A DNA stretch of 63,996 nucleotides, filler included, from Dimargaris cristalligena (lineage: Eukaryota), in the NCBI GenBank assembly GCA_003614675.1. It is 3 parts of 3 records of this genome, joined end to end, with 100 filler letters (N's around TTAATTAATTAA, not from the genome) between each part and the next. Parts side by side here need not be neighbours in the genome. Positions count along the whole stretch, not along the records: positions 21,580 to 43,023 come from ML002663.1; positions 43,124 to 63,996 come from ML002684.1; 1 more part is not named here. One strand, 5' to 3'. Position numbers and translations under genes: made by a program. The notes under the pieces are model-generated. The model had not been told where the DNA came from. It ran no database searches and was given only the letters and a program-made list of their open reading frames with translations. Position 1 is the stretch's first letter. Every line of letters begins with the position of its first letter. Shown here in pieces: positions 37,201 through 47,427 of this stretch.

Positions 37201-39318
37201 GGGGAGCCCAATGGGGGCCCGTCGTCCTCCCCCTACTTGGGACCGCTCACGGGATCCCCCACCCTTGCGGCGCGGAAAAGCTCGGTCAGCGCCGGTGGAT
37301 TAGACGATATGGACATCACCCTCGGCGACCAACTATTGAGCCTGAATAATGTGACGGTGCACGTCGAAGAGGAGGCGGATCCCGATGCCTCCCGCGGGGC
37401 CGCCCGCATGGCGGTCCAACTGGTGTCTTCGCTGGGCACTCGGGACAGTGCGCTCATTTTTATTGTCGAATGTGAACAAGAGGCGGACGCCACTGAAGGG
37501 ACCACCCAGCGGGGCTGGATGATTACGCGGTCGTACGCCGATTTTTCGTCGCTCCACAGCGCCCTCAAGCAGCTATTCACCAAAGTGGATAAAATCAAAT
37601 TCCCCAGTCGCCAGTGGTCGGCCAACGCCATGATCCTGGGTTCCGGAACCCGGTCGCGCCAGAGTCCCCTCGCCAACGGTCTGCAGGTATACCTGTCCCT
37701 CCTGTTGAGCGACCGTATTTTGTGCGCCAGTCGACCCCTCCAGCTGTTTATGAAACCCGACCATATGACCGTGCCCAAATCCTTCTTCTCCGGTAATCCC
37801 GTGGCTTTCTTGAATCCGGCACGGGGCCATACCTCGCCCCTGATGGGGGGTTCCAATATGGGGCTGAAATCGCAGAAATCGCAAGGTAAAATGTCCGATC
37901 GGTTGGCGTCCCCCGGACCCCATCCGGGCACTTCTAATCACGGTAGTGGTAGCGGGAATAATGCCCTGTACGACGTGCTTAGTCCCAAATTTATCACCGA
38001 ACCCGCTGCCCAGGCCGCTAACGCCACCAGTCGAACCGTCAATGCCGCTTTCAAGTCGGCATCATCGGCTATTAAGCGGCTAACGTCCGATACCCTGGTG
38101 GGATCCCCCACTCCGCCCTCCTCCCATGTTGCTAATGGGTCGTCATCGTCCCTACCACTAGAGCCGTCGATACCCGCCAGAAGGTCCGGCTCCTTATCCT
38201 CCGGAAGCACTTTGTCCCTCCCGTCTGAACCGATTGCGGAGTCAGTGGCCGGGGCCTGGAATACCAATAATGGACCCCAGCGGTCCTTTTCGGCCAGCCA
38301 TACCCTGTTCACCAAACCGTCGGCACCCTCGGGGATCAGCCTCTTGAACCAGAAACTGACCGTGGCTGAAAGCCCGACCCCTTCACCTACCTCAGTAGGG
38401 CACAGTAACACCAACGGCGGGGCATCCCAGGGTGTATTAACCACCCATCCTACTGGGCCGGACGCCTCTTACCCGAGTGGGGGCGATGCTACGGCGGTAT
38501 CGGCCTCGTCACCCAATTCACTATCCTCCCAGCCGGACCGTCGGTCTCAGCTATCGAGCCAAACCGTCTTTGAACCCGAGTCGCCGGCGTATACTCCGTT
38601 CGATAAACCCCTACCGCCTAAACCAATTACACCCACCCATCCTACGGCGCCCGCACCCCTTTCGGAAAAGCCACCCAAAACCCCTACGAGTAATGGTAGT
38701 AACAAGACCCCGAAAGCCGTGGCCCCCACTACCACCCAACCTTCCGTACCGGCTACTGCCACCCAAACCAAGTCTCTCCAGCCCGAAGAAATCGAACTCT
38801 TAATCGAGACCTGCTTCGCCCTCCTCGACGAAGTGTTTGACCTTAACGATACGAAACAATGGTTCCGCCGTAAGGCCCTAGCGGTACTTAAACAGCTATT
38901 ACGTCAGTCGTACGCCAGTACAATCAGTGGTAGTTTTGTCGACCTAGTGACCAAATATACCGATGCGACCACGGTGGCCGAGGAACTTACGAAACTCACG
39001 GATTCGCTCTGGCCTAACGGAGTGTGGTACACCGGGACGGTGGCGGAGGGGAGGACTCCACCGGCGACCCCGACGACCGCTCAGGCGGTGTTGGGCGAGC
39101 GGACCGAGGAGCAAAAAGAGGCCACGAAGTTAGAGGCCCGGGTTCTGTTCGTGAACCGCATGCCCGATGCCCTCCAGCGGATGGTAGGTGATTATAATGG
39201 GGTGATGGGCATGACCCGCCTGTTTGAATTGTTGCAACATCCTGAACTGATGCGGCCCATCGTTATCAAATTAATGGATAATGTGTTTAAACTGGCCTTT
39301 AGTGACATGCGCGAGTGA
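34255..39318 (+). CDS. PXA-RGS-PX-PXC sorting nexin (Mdm1/SNX13/14/25 family) with N-terminal transmembrane segments, intronless
   Basis: Two N-terminal hydrophobic helices, PXA (LILRDFVDFWY..., EILATNIL), RGS-like (SLAQVL..FMQYL..LRLVMNVDSY), a coiled coil, PX (GWMITRSYADFSSLHSALK...LQVYL..LL...LQLFM) and PXC (EVFDL...WFRRK..L.QL, DSLWPNG, RTEEQK). Start at 34255 or 34270. Confidence 0.9.
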   Translation: MLSPAMASTPVPKRQPDSATEPEPELVTSRPHWWRQGLALALDQFDHWATDKPLITVLLTALAALALLTSRMFLVTVFLAGGLVLGYMLAQDGSPNWGQLVEGSGGKTGPRLTKRAAHLRRLLARADHQVTQRSASAAAMGRLESESILAPATGFQSRGRASAGTAANALSHFPPELQRAWGRLAELILRDFVDFWYKPLEGSGNGELRSQVHQLLTTLLLNVHEHMRQDRVNLSVLIFYAMSNTLIVHLREYRQLALSQKPVAQYLADNPTSSFHQLASHDAQVKYLMDIAKFLLTRLLPAKDRNSPAVFAFLTEILATNILEPTVASVCDPDRINLMIVDYFGDASHSHVHTPPSSNSTVGSVGPSNETAPKNSVASRPTLGAALWQKLGSAFTLDSRTSANANSTSTLAVCINRFQFTDPVEAFSGEYQVRVSCTDPAAFPPQSTPLSQPDATQQMIQWNEALSISLPTTALHSNHGLVCTLTGHPLSAPARTLGSVEIRLPDIVHDDSVDSQCYIFQLPDGNITGKLFLSVYVEPDYDEKASLYDSDSDLPAGYQPLDSNEISPIDATFLSSDNYKTLSPLSATAPSQGSSTGTAVPGSIFRNEVPAPEDVNLDRLFPLSLAQVLDQSDGFVEFMQYLEDRKVPPYLRLVMNVDSYQRFARTLNDPHLMRDDAWSIFHLHFEAPPAEPSPGSTPRTNPGTADHPPYRIPIDTQYVVKLMDTIRNHPSPDCFQPILEVVHDELVPYFNQFKEESPLYHVWLDEKWGKFVRSCRKKSLDPQETARSRLADMGPPADKPIPKSSESASTTIAPASAPVTPVPIADHSPSPLPDTPDPHSPMVSELPQSSSLTPSPTDANPPTKTPSPNGQSPSPTSGSIPASPLSIQTSPDVISSNDSYPSPTLAPQSASTVTRQEERLVFLKSAIAQVKEQISIIDDQTEELARSQLSGAKQRQRQLAKSRAALVGDLDQLLVMAEDTQIGEPNGGPSSSPYLGPLTGSPTLAARKSSVSAGGLDDMDITLGDQLLSLNNVTVHVEEEADPDASRGAARMAVQLVSSLGTRDSALIFIVECEQEADATEGTTQRGWMITRSYADFSSLHSALKQLFTKVDKIKFPSRQWSANAMILGSGTRSRQSPLANGLQVYLSLLLSDRILCASRPLQLFMKPDHMTVPKSFFSGNPVAFLNPARGHTSPLMGGSNMGLKSQKSQGKMSDRLASPGPHPGTSNHGSGSGNNALYDVLSPKFITEPAAQAANATSRTVNAAFKSASSAIKRLTSDTLVGSPTPPSSHVANGSSSSLPLEPSIPARRSGSLSSGSTLSLPSEPIAESVAGAWNTNNGPQRSFSASHTLFTKPSAPSGISLLNQKLTVAESPTPSPTSVGHSNTNGGASQGVLTTHPTGPDASYPSGGDATAVSASSPNSLSSQPDRRSQLSSQTVFEPESPAYTPFDKPLPPKPITPTHPTAPAPLSEKPPKTPTSNGSNKTPKAVAPTTTQPSVPATATQTKSLQPEEIELLIETCFALLDEVFDLNDTKQWFRRKALAVLKQLLRQSYASTISGSFVDLVTKYTDATTVAEELTKLTDSLWPNGVWYTGTVAEGRTPPATPTTAQAVLGERTEEQKEATKLEARVLFVNRMPDALQRMVGDYNGVMGMTRLFELLQHPELMRPIVIKLMDNVFKLAFSDMRE

Positions 39319-40619
39319 ATACGATATTCAGGGTTTTTTTATATTAGATTCCCCTTTTTTAAAAATAAATAAAAAACAAGCCAATAATTTACACACATCT
39401 CCCAAATATAACTTATAAACTATCGCTTCTGAAGTACTTGTATCATTAAAACACCTGATTCCCCTTTTAAGCATTATTTATTTCTATCGCACTAAGTAAT
39501 ACTTTCATTTTACGGCTTTGAATAGTAGTTGCCACTCTTGTTTATTCAATACCTAGCGCCCATTTAGATTAGAAAACGAAAGCTCTTCACAGACCACGGT
39601 ATATTATACAAAAGGAGGGCTGTAAGATTAGTAGGAATAAAAACGTCTATTGAGTGCCATCTCTTTCATCTAAGCCATATGCTGTGGGATACAATAAGGA
39701 TATCCTAATGGGTACTAAATCGCGGAAAGTATGTCATTTCCACATGCCCAGCTTGCGATCATTTGCACAGTGACCAAACTAGTACAGGCTAACAAGCTGT
39801 ATTCGCCGTAATCAAAATAGCTGGCGGTTGTTAGGCATTCATTCTAAATCAACTACCAAACTCCCGGAACCTTTAACCAATACTAAAAATACTGCCTAAA
39901 TAACCCGCCCACCGTTCGTTGTAGACTAATCCTGCGTGCTATAATCAGGCTGGGTCAATATTACTTTCGTTAAAGCCCAATCACCAAAGCGGCTTATTAG
40001 CAACTCCGAGTCCAACTCGCCGATAAACTTTAACCAAACCAGTGAGTTCCAAGTAGACCCCCTACAAACGAAGCCATGGGCAACTGGCATGAATATATCC
40101 CGAGCACATGAATCATTCCGGCCAAAGTCAATGGATCTTTGTAGAGGTTTGGTATATTTAGTTGTTTTGTACACCCTATTGGGATTTATAACTATACCGA
40201 TGGTCTACTGGAGATATGCCGTCTAACCAGATGGAAAATGAACCTATAAAATGTGACAGGTAATCCCTCAAAATGCTATAACAATGATCACACCGACAGG
40301 CTCCCCAAGGACATGGTGAGCTATGCAGCTCTACCCAGCTTCTTGCTTTATAAATTTTGGTATTGGCGCAGGGGGTCTCTGAATGACTGATAAGGGGGGA
40401 ATTGAGAATGTCAGCGGGTTGAATTTAGGGACGCTGGAACGTATGGTTGATTATGGGTGGGGTTATAGGTGACAATGGATACCAATTGTTGAATTGCTCT
40501 GAAATATTAGCAAAAAAATATACATTTTTTATTGAAAATGATATTCCGGAAATTATTAATTCAATGGTTAAATGACTACCTTTCCTTTGTGGGGCCTAAG
40601 CGCCCATAATACGCAATTT

Positions 40620-43023
40620 TGAATACTAAGAGGTCGTCTGTTGCATTGCAAAAGGAATATAAATGGCTGCAGGTAGAAATGTGATGGATGAGCTTGACGG
40701 AAACTTATCAGCAAAACAAGTATTGCTAGAATAAACCGCAGTAGTATTGATATAGAGCTATGAGAATGGTCAGTAAATGTATAAAACCTGTCTAATCATG
40801 TATTAGTTGAAATAATCATTGGTGGGGTCTGCCAACCACAGCTAATTAATAATCGACCGTGCCATACCGGATAGTTCTAAACTCATTCCCATATATTTAT
40901 TTTTGGATTAATATTTCTCTTGGTTCCATTACTTTTACCGTGCTAATATAAGGTCTTATTATCGAAGTCAGATTCGTATACTGCACATAATTTCATAGGG
41001 GTAAGTAGATAATACAACTGTAATTTGCCTGTGCTTGACAATTCAGCAGTAAAGTATAATCAATTACCTTTGAAATGGAATGAAAACCGAAGCAGGACTG
41101 GCTATCAGAAGTGGAGAAAGTCATCCGCCCAATACAAAAATATCCTACCGTCCATCGAAATGGAGACGTGGGCTAGCCGCGCAGTAAATGGAGAGAAATA
41201 CAAAGCCCCCTCTCTTCAACCCCGTCAGCTATCCATTGACTATTGTTAATCGTGCATCCAATATATTACAGCCGATATACCGTATTCAAATGCCGCTTTC
41301 TCAAGGTTAATCGACAGTAGACGCCGCCGTGACGTCAACTATCAACCTAAATACATTCTGCTGTCGCCCTATCTCCTACTTTTACAGCCAACCAGTTTAT
41401 AGTGACTCAAACCCCTATTGTTATGAGCCTATTAATAGATGTGAAGATGACCACTCCCCCCTTTTCTATCTCCGCACTCCCTTGAGTAGTAGACAAAGTC
41501 TATAAGTTAGAATGATTAAAATTAAACCCCCGCCTCCTCTTCCTAGTAGTAGTTACCCCATTCTGCAAACCCCCTATTATCTTAACCCTTGTCTATTACT
41601 TCCACTACACGCTGCCAAAGAGCATATTAGGCAAATTGTCCACTATATTAATTGCACTCTAACCCATTACACGGTTGCTCTTATTTTTATGCTCAATACG
41701 GCCAATCCTCATATAAAGATACCCCCCTAGTGACTTTATATCTGGTGCTGCTAGGGTCTTGGCCTATAGATATTGTAGGGTTGCAGGAAGAGGACCACAA
41801 AATGATGGGCAATCTCCGGCATATTAATGGGTAAACCCTCTTGTCTTAAGTCCCTTCACTAGACGAGATTTGTATTACATCCCTCCGTCTCCAACTTGCC
41901 TCCATTCCCTCTTCTTTGTAGGTTCCAACAGCACAATTCCTATAGTTTATCAACTAGACCTTGTTAATAAACGATTCAGCCAATCCTACTCTACAGCATC
42001 TTTTGGCAAACTTATCCACTCGCACTGAGTGCAATCGGGTATTTACGTTTTGCATAAATAGTCAGCTGGATAGCCCATTATTCACTTCACTTCACATCGC
42101 ACTGCTCCCCTTCCCTCCCATTCTAACACCAACTAAACCATCTGTCATAATTTTTGCACCACCACCACTCCATACCACCCTTTCCAGTACTCTCATCCCC
42201 TCCCTTACTTTACTTCAACTATGCGTTGCTATACTTTGGCCTGGCTCATGGTTATTGTCGCCTGTTATTATAGCGTATCCGGCGCTATCTTCAGTGCTGG
42301 CCGTATTTCGACATGTAAGGCAATGAGCTGTGCGAAACCCACACGGAAATTCCAATAATGGGATCCACAATCAATCGGGCTCTTGTTAGTTGGCATTTCA
42401 TCCCCATGCACCACTGCCTTTCATTGATGGGCCACATTCCATTGCCCATGCGTCGCACAGTCGCCGCCCCTATAACCACATCCAAATAAATAAAGTTTGC
42501 TGACTCTGGTTAATTGAAAGTGGAGCTTCGAATATACATCCGTAAAAACTAGCTGCTCGGTTAACTAATGTTTATTTTTGGGGTCGAAGTAGCTAACCAA
42601 GACCGGGAAATACTATAGAGGCAGACGTAACAGGTGGGACTCGACTTTTGTTTAGAGAGGCAGGGGGTAAGGTGTACTTAATTACTTGGTAAGGCCATAT
42701 CCATTCCTCCCTCTATAAACCCCACGGCCTCATCATGCTAGGGTCTAAACAATAGTGTCCCCTGTCACTAGACTTATTCGTATTTACATTTGGCTACCAA
42801 TTTTACTAATTATCTTAAATATGGTACATAAATGTATCAGCGTATCTGTTGGAAATTCATTTCCCCCCGTCCCACCGATTCCTTTACTCTGATTGGTCCA
42901 TCCTATACTCTGGACTATACTATATGGGAGAAGTTCATTCAGGCTGTATAATGAAAAATCCATTGGAGGCGGCCAATATTACTGGTTAAAAGCTATTCTC
43001 ACATATATTCACCCATACATTAT
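40620..43023 (+). repeat. Right arm of the ~2.4-kb inverted repeat (partner 21580-23985)
   Basis: Reverse complement of the left arm. Near-identical over 40760-43020 and diverged over 40620-40760. Ends at the contig boundary. Confidence 0.97.
42221..42358 (+). CDS. Putative small secreted Cys-containing cationic peptide, 45 aa (copy in the right inverted-repeat arm)
   Basis: ATG 42221 to TAA 42358. Signal-peptide-like MRCYTLAWLMVIVACYYSVSG. Preceded by CATAAATA (about 42053) and a pyrimidine-rich leader resembling those of neighbouring genes, with AATAAA at about 42485. A possible intron at 42315-42389 would change the C-terminus. Confidence 0.45.
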   Translation: MRCYTLAWLMVIVACYYSVSGAIFSAGRISTCKAMSCAKPTRKFQ

Positions 43024-43123
43024 NNNNNNNNNNNNNNNNNNNNNNNNNNNNNNNNNNNNNNNNNNNNTTAATTAATTAANNNNNNNNNNNNNNNNNNNNN
43101 NNNNNNNNNNNNNNNNNNNNNNN
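43024..43123. other. Artificial contig-joining spacer (N44-TTAATTAATTAA-N44)
   Basis: Same 100-nt spacer as 21480-21579. Confidence 0.97.
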
Positions 43124-45361
43124 AGCCCGGCGACATCACCAAAGAAGTCCACCACCTGGGTATGTTGGAAATCGCTGTGGACATCCACCACATGTACGTA
43201 GTCCGTAGATTCGCCTAGAGCCAGGTAGTGTCCGTCGGGACTAAACCGCAGGGTACGGATAGATGCCATTTTGCCGCCTAATACATGAAGAGCCGCGCGC
43301 GGGTAGCGGATATCGTAGATTCGGCAGGTTCGGTCTTGGTTCCCAGTGGCTAAATACCGGCCGTCGGGACTCCAGGCGCAGGAAAAGGAGAAGTCGACAT
43401 GGCCACTGAGTTTCCCCCGTTCCCGTCCTGTGAGGGGATCCAGTAATAGTGTGTCACAACTGTCACCAACGACCGCTAGACTTTTACCATCGGGGCTAAT
43501 GGTGGCGCACTGTATTTTTTTAAAGAAAAGTGATTAAATAGGAATACACATAGCAAAGTGATATATGTATTTGGGAATAAATTAGACGCTGCCCCATACT
43601 CAAAAAAACATACCAAGATAGGCTTACACATGATCATTGTATTTTCAAGCACACTTACGTTCACTGAATATTCGAAATCATAGTCGGCCACCACTCGGGA
43701 CTGGCCCACGTTTAGGGTACGTATATGGCAGTCGTTACTAGCCACGTAAATGTAGGGGGCTACACGAAGGTAAGTGAAGAAAACCAATTAGCCGATTAAT
43801 ACACGGTCTACTGAATATTAAAGAGCCAGGAATAAGGCGATTATGTATAATGGGTGCCCAGTTCACATAGCAGATTGCTATGAAATGGGCAAGTCGGACA
43901 CCATGCCTATTAGAGAACTAGCGGGTAACTTACCTCCAGAATAGGAATGGGCAATTTCGGCATAATTAAGAATACCGTTGGGCTGGGTGCTGAGGATCCC
44001 GCGTTGGCTATCCCCGGAAGACAAATTTCGGATGATGTAGTCCCCCCGGAGCCCTGTTGGGTCATATGGTCATTGTGGGTGTGGGTATCATGTAAATCAA
44101 CCATAGCAGCAGAATTAATGTCGGTCCAGAATATAGGAGAGTGCAACGTAATGCAATATACCGGCAGGGATTCTGTTCCATGTAGCCCCTTGGTCAGTAT
44201 AAGATAGTTGGGTAGTAGGGACACCTTGAGGGAAAATGGCAAACCTACCTCCCAGGAAGGCCATTTCGCTATTGGTGGCCAGTGTGGACGTGGTCAGGAC
44301 CGACTGCTCGTCTCGAATATCCACGACAGCGTGGGATTTTCGAGAGGATGGCGACCAGCGGCGTAGACCAGACTGGTCTGATTTGGGCGGGAATATTGCC
44401 AATTGGGTGGTCCGTAACCGTTAGTAAAGTAGGGGCGTTTAATACAAAATCGGCCGAATATTATAGCGAATTAACATAAAAATACGGTTAATAAGCAGTG
44501 GAATTCGATTTGCTAACGCTAATTGCGATATCATCGAAAGCGGGACTGACTATCGAATCAATAATCTGCATAACTGTTATCTATAGTGGCTGCTCCAAAA
44601 TACCAAGGCAGCGAACTATGCCTGGTCGTTAACGAGAAGTGGGGAGAGGGTCAATTCCAAGGACCTCTATATAAATATATGCAAGTTATTATCACTTACG
44701 GACGTAGAATATTTCATCGGCGCCCGTGGCCCGGACTAGATTCCGGAGCTGAAAATGGGCGATATAAGATTGCTCAGTGGGCCGCAAGCTCGAGTAGCGG
44801 AAGCGATAGAACTGGCCGCCGGTCTTCACGGGGGTGAGCTGGTTTTGTACCTCAGCCAGTGAATGATCGGTGTTACGGTAGTTGTCGTAATGGCGCTGGC
44901 GTAACTGTTGGTAGCGCTCCCGACTTATGGAGGTTAACGAATGGGTGAACTGTAGACCCTGGGCGTCGACAACTTCACCGGGGCGACAGGGGGGGGGTCT
45001 GTTGGTGGTACCAATGGTCGGTGTTGGTGTTGGTATCGGCGGTGGCTGTGGGGCCAGAAAACGGGCGGGAAAAATAGCCATACTGGGGACCACCCCTGGA
45101 CTGGGACCAGCGCTGGGACGCTGATTCCTGGCTATCGCTGGTCCCGCCGCGGGGGGCCGAAGTTCCGGCAGGACCCTGGCTAGAGTGGTACTGAATAGCC
45201 GGCTGCTGCGACGAAGGGCGGCGGGGTACCCCGTAATAACAGGCAGGGGTCACCTCCTTACGACGGGTAATGTAGCCACCAATGTCGCATGCGATGAACA
45301 GGCCCGAGAGAAGTCGTAGATTGGTGGAAGGGTAAATGGCATGGGGCTCGCTATAGTCCAT
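43124..45361 (-). CDS. WD40-repeat protein of the DUF2415 type, multi-exon, 3'-truncated at the contig end
   Basis: DAQG...RERY..LR...Y.NY.N, HFQLRNLV, ASNDCHIR, SVN, CATISPDGKSLAVVGD, GHVDFSFSCAWSPDGRYLATGNQDRTCRIYDIR and IRTLRFSPDGHYLALGESTDYVHVVD...DFFGDVAG. The 5' end needs either a 1-nt frameshift near 44990 or a start at about 45082. Confidence 0.85.
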
Positions 45362-47427
45362 GGCAGGCCTTGGGCGAGGTAGGGGAGGTGAGGCGAGGCG
45401 AGGGGAAGTCTTTCTGAATTCGGGTGGAGGTGAAGTTGAAGTGAGAGTTGAAGTTGACGTTAAAGGGGGTATAAGTTACGGTGGAATGAGCATGAACTAA
45501 GGGGAATGGAGCAGAAGTGTGGAACAACCTGAGAAGAAGGACTGAAGAAAAGATAAGCACGACGAAGGCCCGCGCAGTTGAACTTCACTCCCGAAACCTA
45601 CCTAAAGTGGGTGTCAGTTGACTCTTAATTTAATTACTAGAGTTAGTAGTTGTTCCACTGAAACGAGGATATATATGCTCTACTACAAGTGAGTTGCCTT
45701 TGCAGGGAAAGAAGGGCCAGAACAGCCCATTTTAGTAAAATCACCACTGGTGCAGGATATAATAATAATATCCTACACCAATGAAGAGGGCACCGCTACG
45801 CAGGACCAACCGTTCTACTCTATTAAACGCGCCCCCTGGGGATTGCTGCCACGTTACCGGTTAAGCACACCCTTCAGAATTGCCTACTTATTCTACCAAA
45901 TGAACCTGGCGGTGCTATAATGCCGCAACGTGGCTGGTTCCTAAAGACCTGGGATGACATTCCGCTGCTAATGAAAATCGATCGAATAGGGGGAAAAGGT
46001 GGGATCTGTTGTTACACTACCTCCCATAAAGTACATACACATGTAGCGTAGATTAGCAGCCCCCACCCTAATTTATTTAACCCCTCGTGCCCTCTAAGCA
46101 GCCGAATAACGGATAATTGAGATGGGCGTTACACAGGCCGCAGAGTGGGACTCTAGTCGAATCTTTAGCAGGACCAGGCAGATTGATGGATATATACCCC
46201 CGTAGAGAGGAATATGGTGTGCCACTACAACATAAACGGGGACTCTGTTACCACGGTGGTGCTATTTTTAAATTCTACTATGCACTGGCAGTCAGCAGAG
46301 CATCTGCTTTGCCTTATTATTAATAGCAAAGGGCGATGTTTATCACATGCCAAATCCCAGCCACCGGAGGACAATTGTATCGAAGGTACGTGCTTTATTG
46401 TGCTGCAGCGTTAGGGTTGTGGGAGATAGGCCTACCTATACACCCTCTGAGACAACCCGCAGTCCCACTCGGCCAATTTAAGTCATGGAATTAACGCAGA
46501 TCACTTGGCACTGAATGAGGGGGAGTCTAGCTGCAATTCCCCATTCCACAACAATACGCCCCACCACATATTGCCAAAGTCGAGCGACCTGGAGTATCAT
46601 CAGTCACCAGTAAAAGATCCAAAGCAATCTCTAATATATAGTAAATTGAATCTTTTGAAAATGACTCACCAAGCTGATCCAGTCATATATTTACTGTAAG
46701 ATCATGCATTGTGCTGCGTTGCAGTTTATCAGATAGTTATAGAGCATTTTCATCTATTAAATTACTGTGCTCTGCGCAGTTTAGCTGAAGATTAACCAGG
46801 GCATCTACTATTATTGCCATAACCTTAAACCAGAATGGATAGTGGTGCTAAATGCTAGGGTGTAGCTAAGCCAGTTTGATGCGCTGTTAAGTACTGGGGT
46901 ATAAAGGCCTGCAAAGTGTATTGGGAGGTATATTTGCCATTAGAATAGGGCAATATCGGTTGATAAGTAGTCACTCAACTACCCTCTGGGTCAGCCCTGT
47001 CCGCTTAAGCCATAAATGAGTGTGATGTTTCTGATCGACGGACTTTCCTAACGCGTCAGTCGAAACAGAATAATGAATGTCCACAGCCAAGCAAAGTTTA
47101 CGGGAATATGAGCGGCCACTAGCTGGAGGGGGATTCCCCAAGTCAATGGGGACCCCTTGTGACTGCCTCCAGGCCGAATAGAAGGGAAGATTGAATATAT
47201 CCCCTCGCTTAGCTTCCACCAAATCCCCCAGGAAGGCTGGTTTAGGGACCAGGGACATTGTTGGCCGCGCCCTTATTATAGCAACTAAACAGGATGAGGC
47301 ACAGCAGGACTCGCTAGCGAACCGTGGACCAGCTCATTAACCTCTCTCCCCCACAAATACATTCCTTTCTCCAACTACTTTTGCTTTCCCCAAGTGCTCC
47401 CCTATTATACCTGCTTATACTCCACCC

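Noticed and set aside
41025..42326. ORF-track ORFs inside the inverted repeats as transposase or viral genes
   Set aside because: Short, mostly with non-ATG starts, and lacking DDE, integrase or polymerase motifs.
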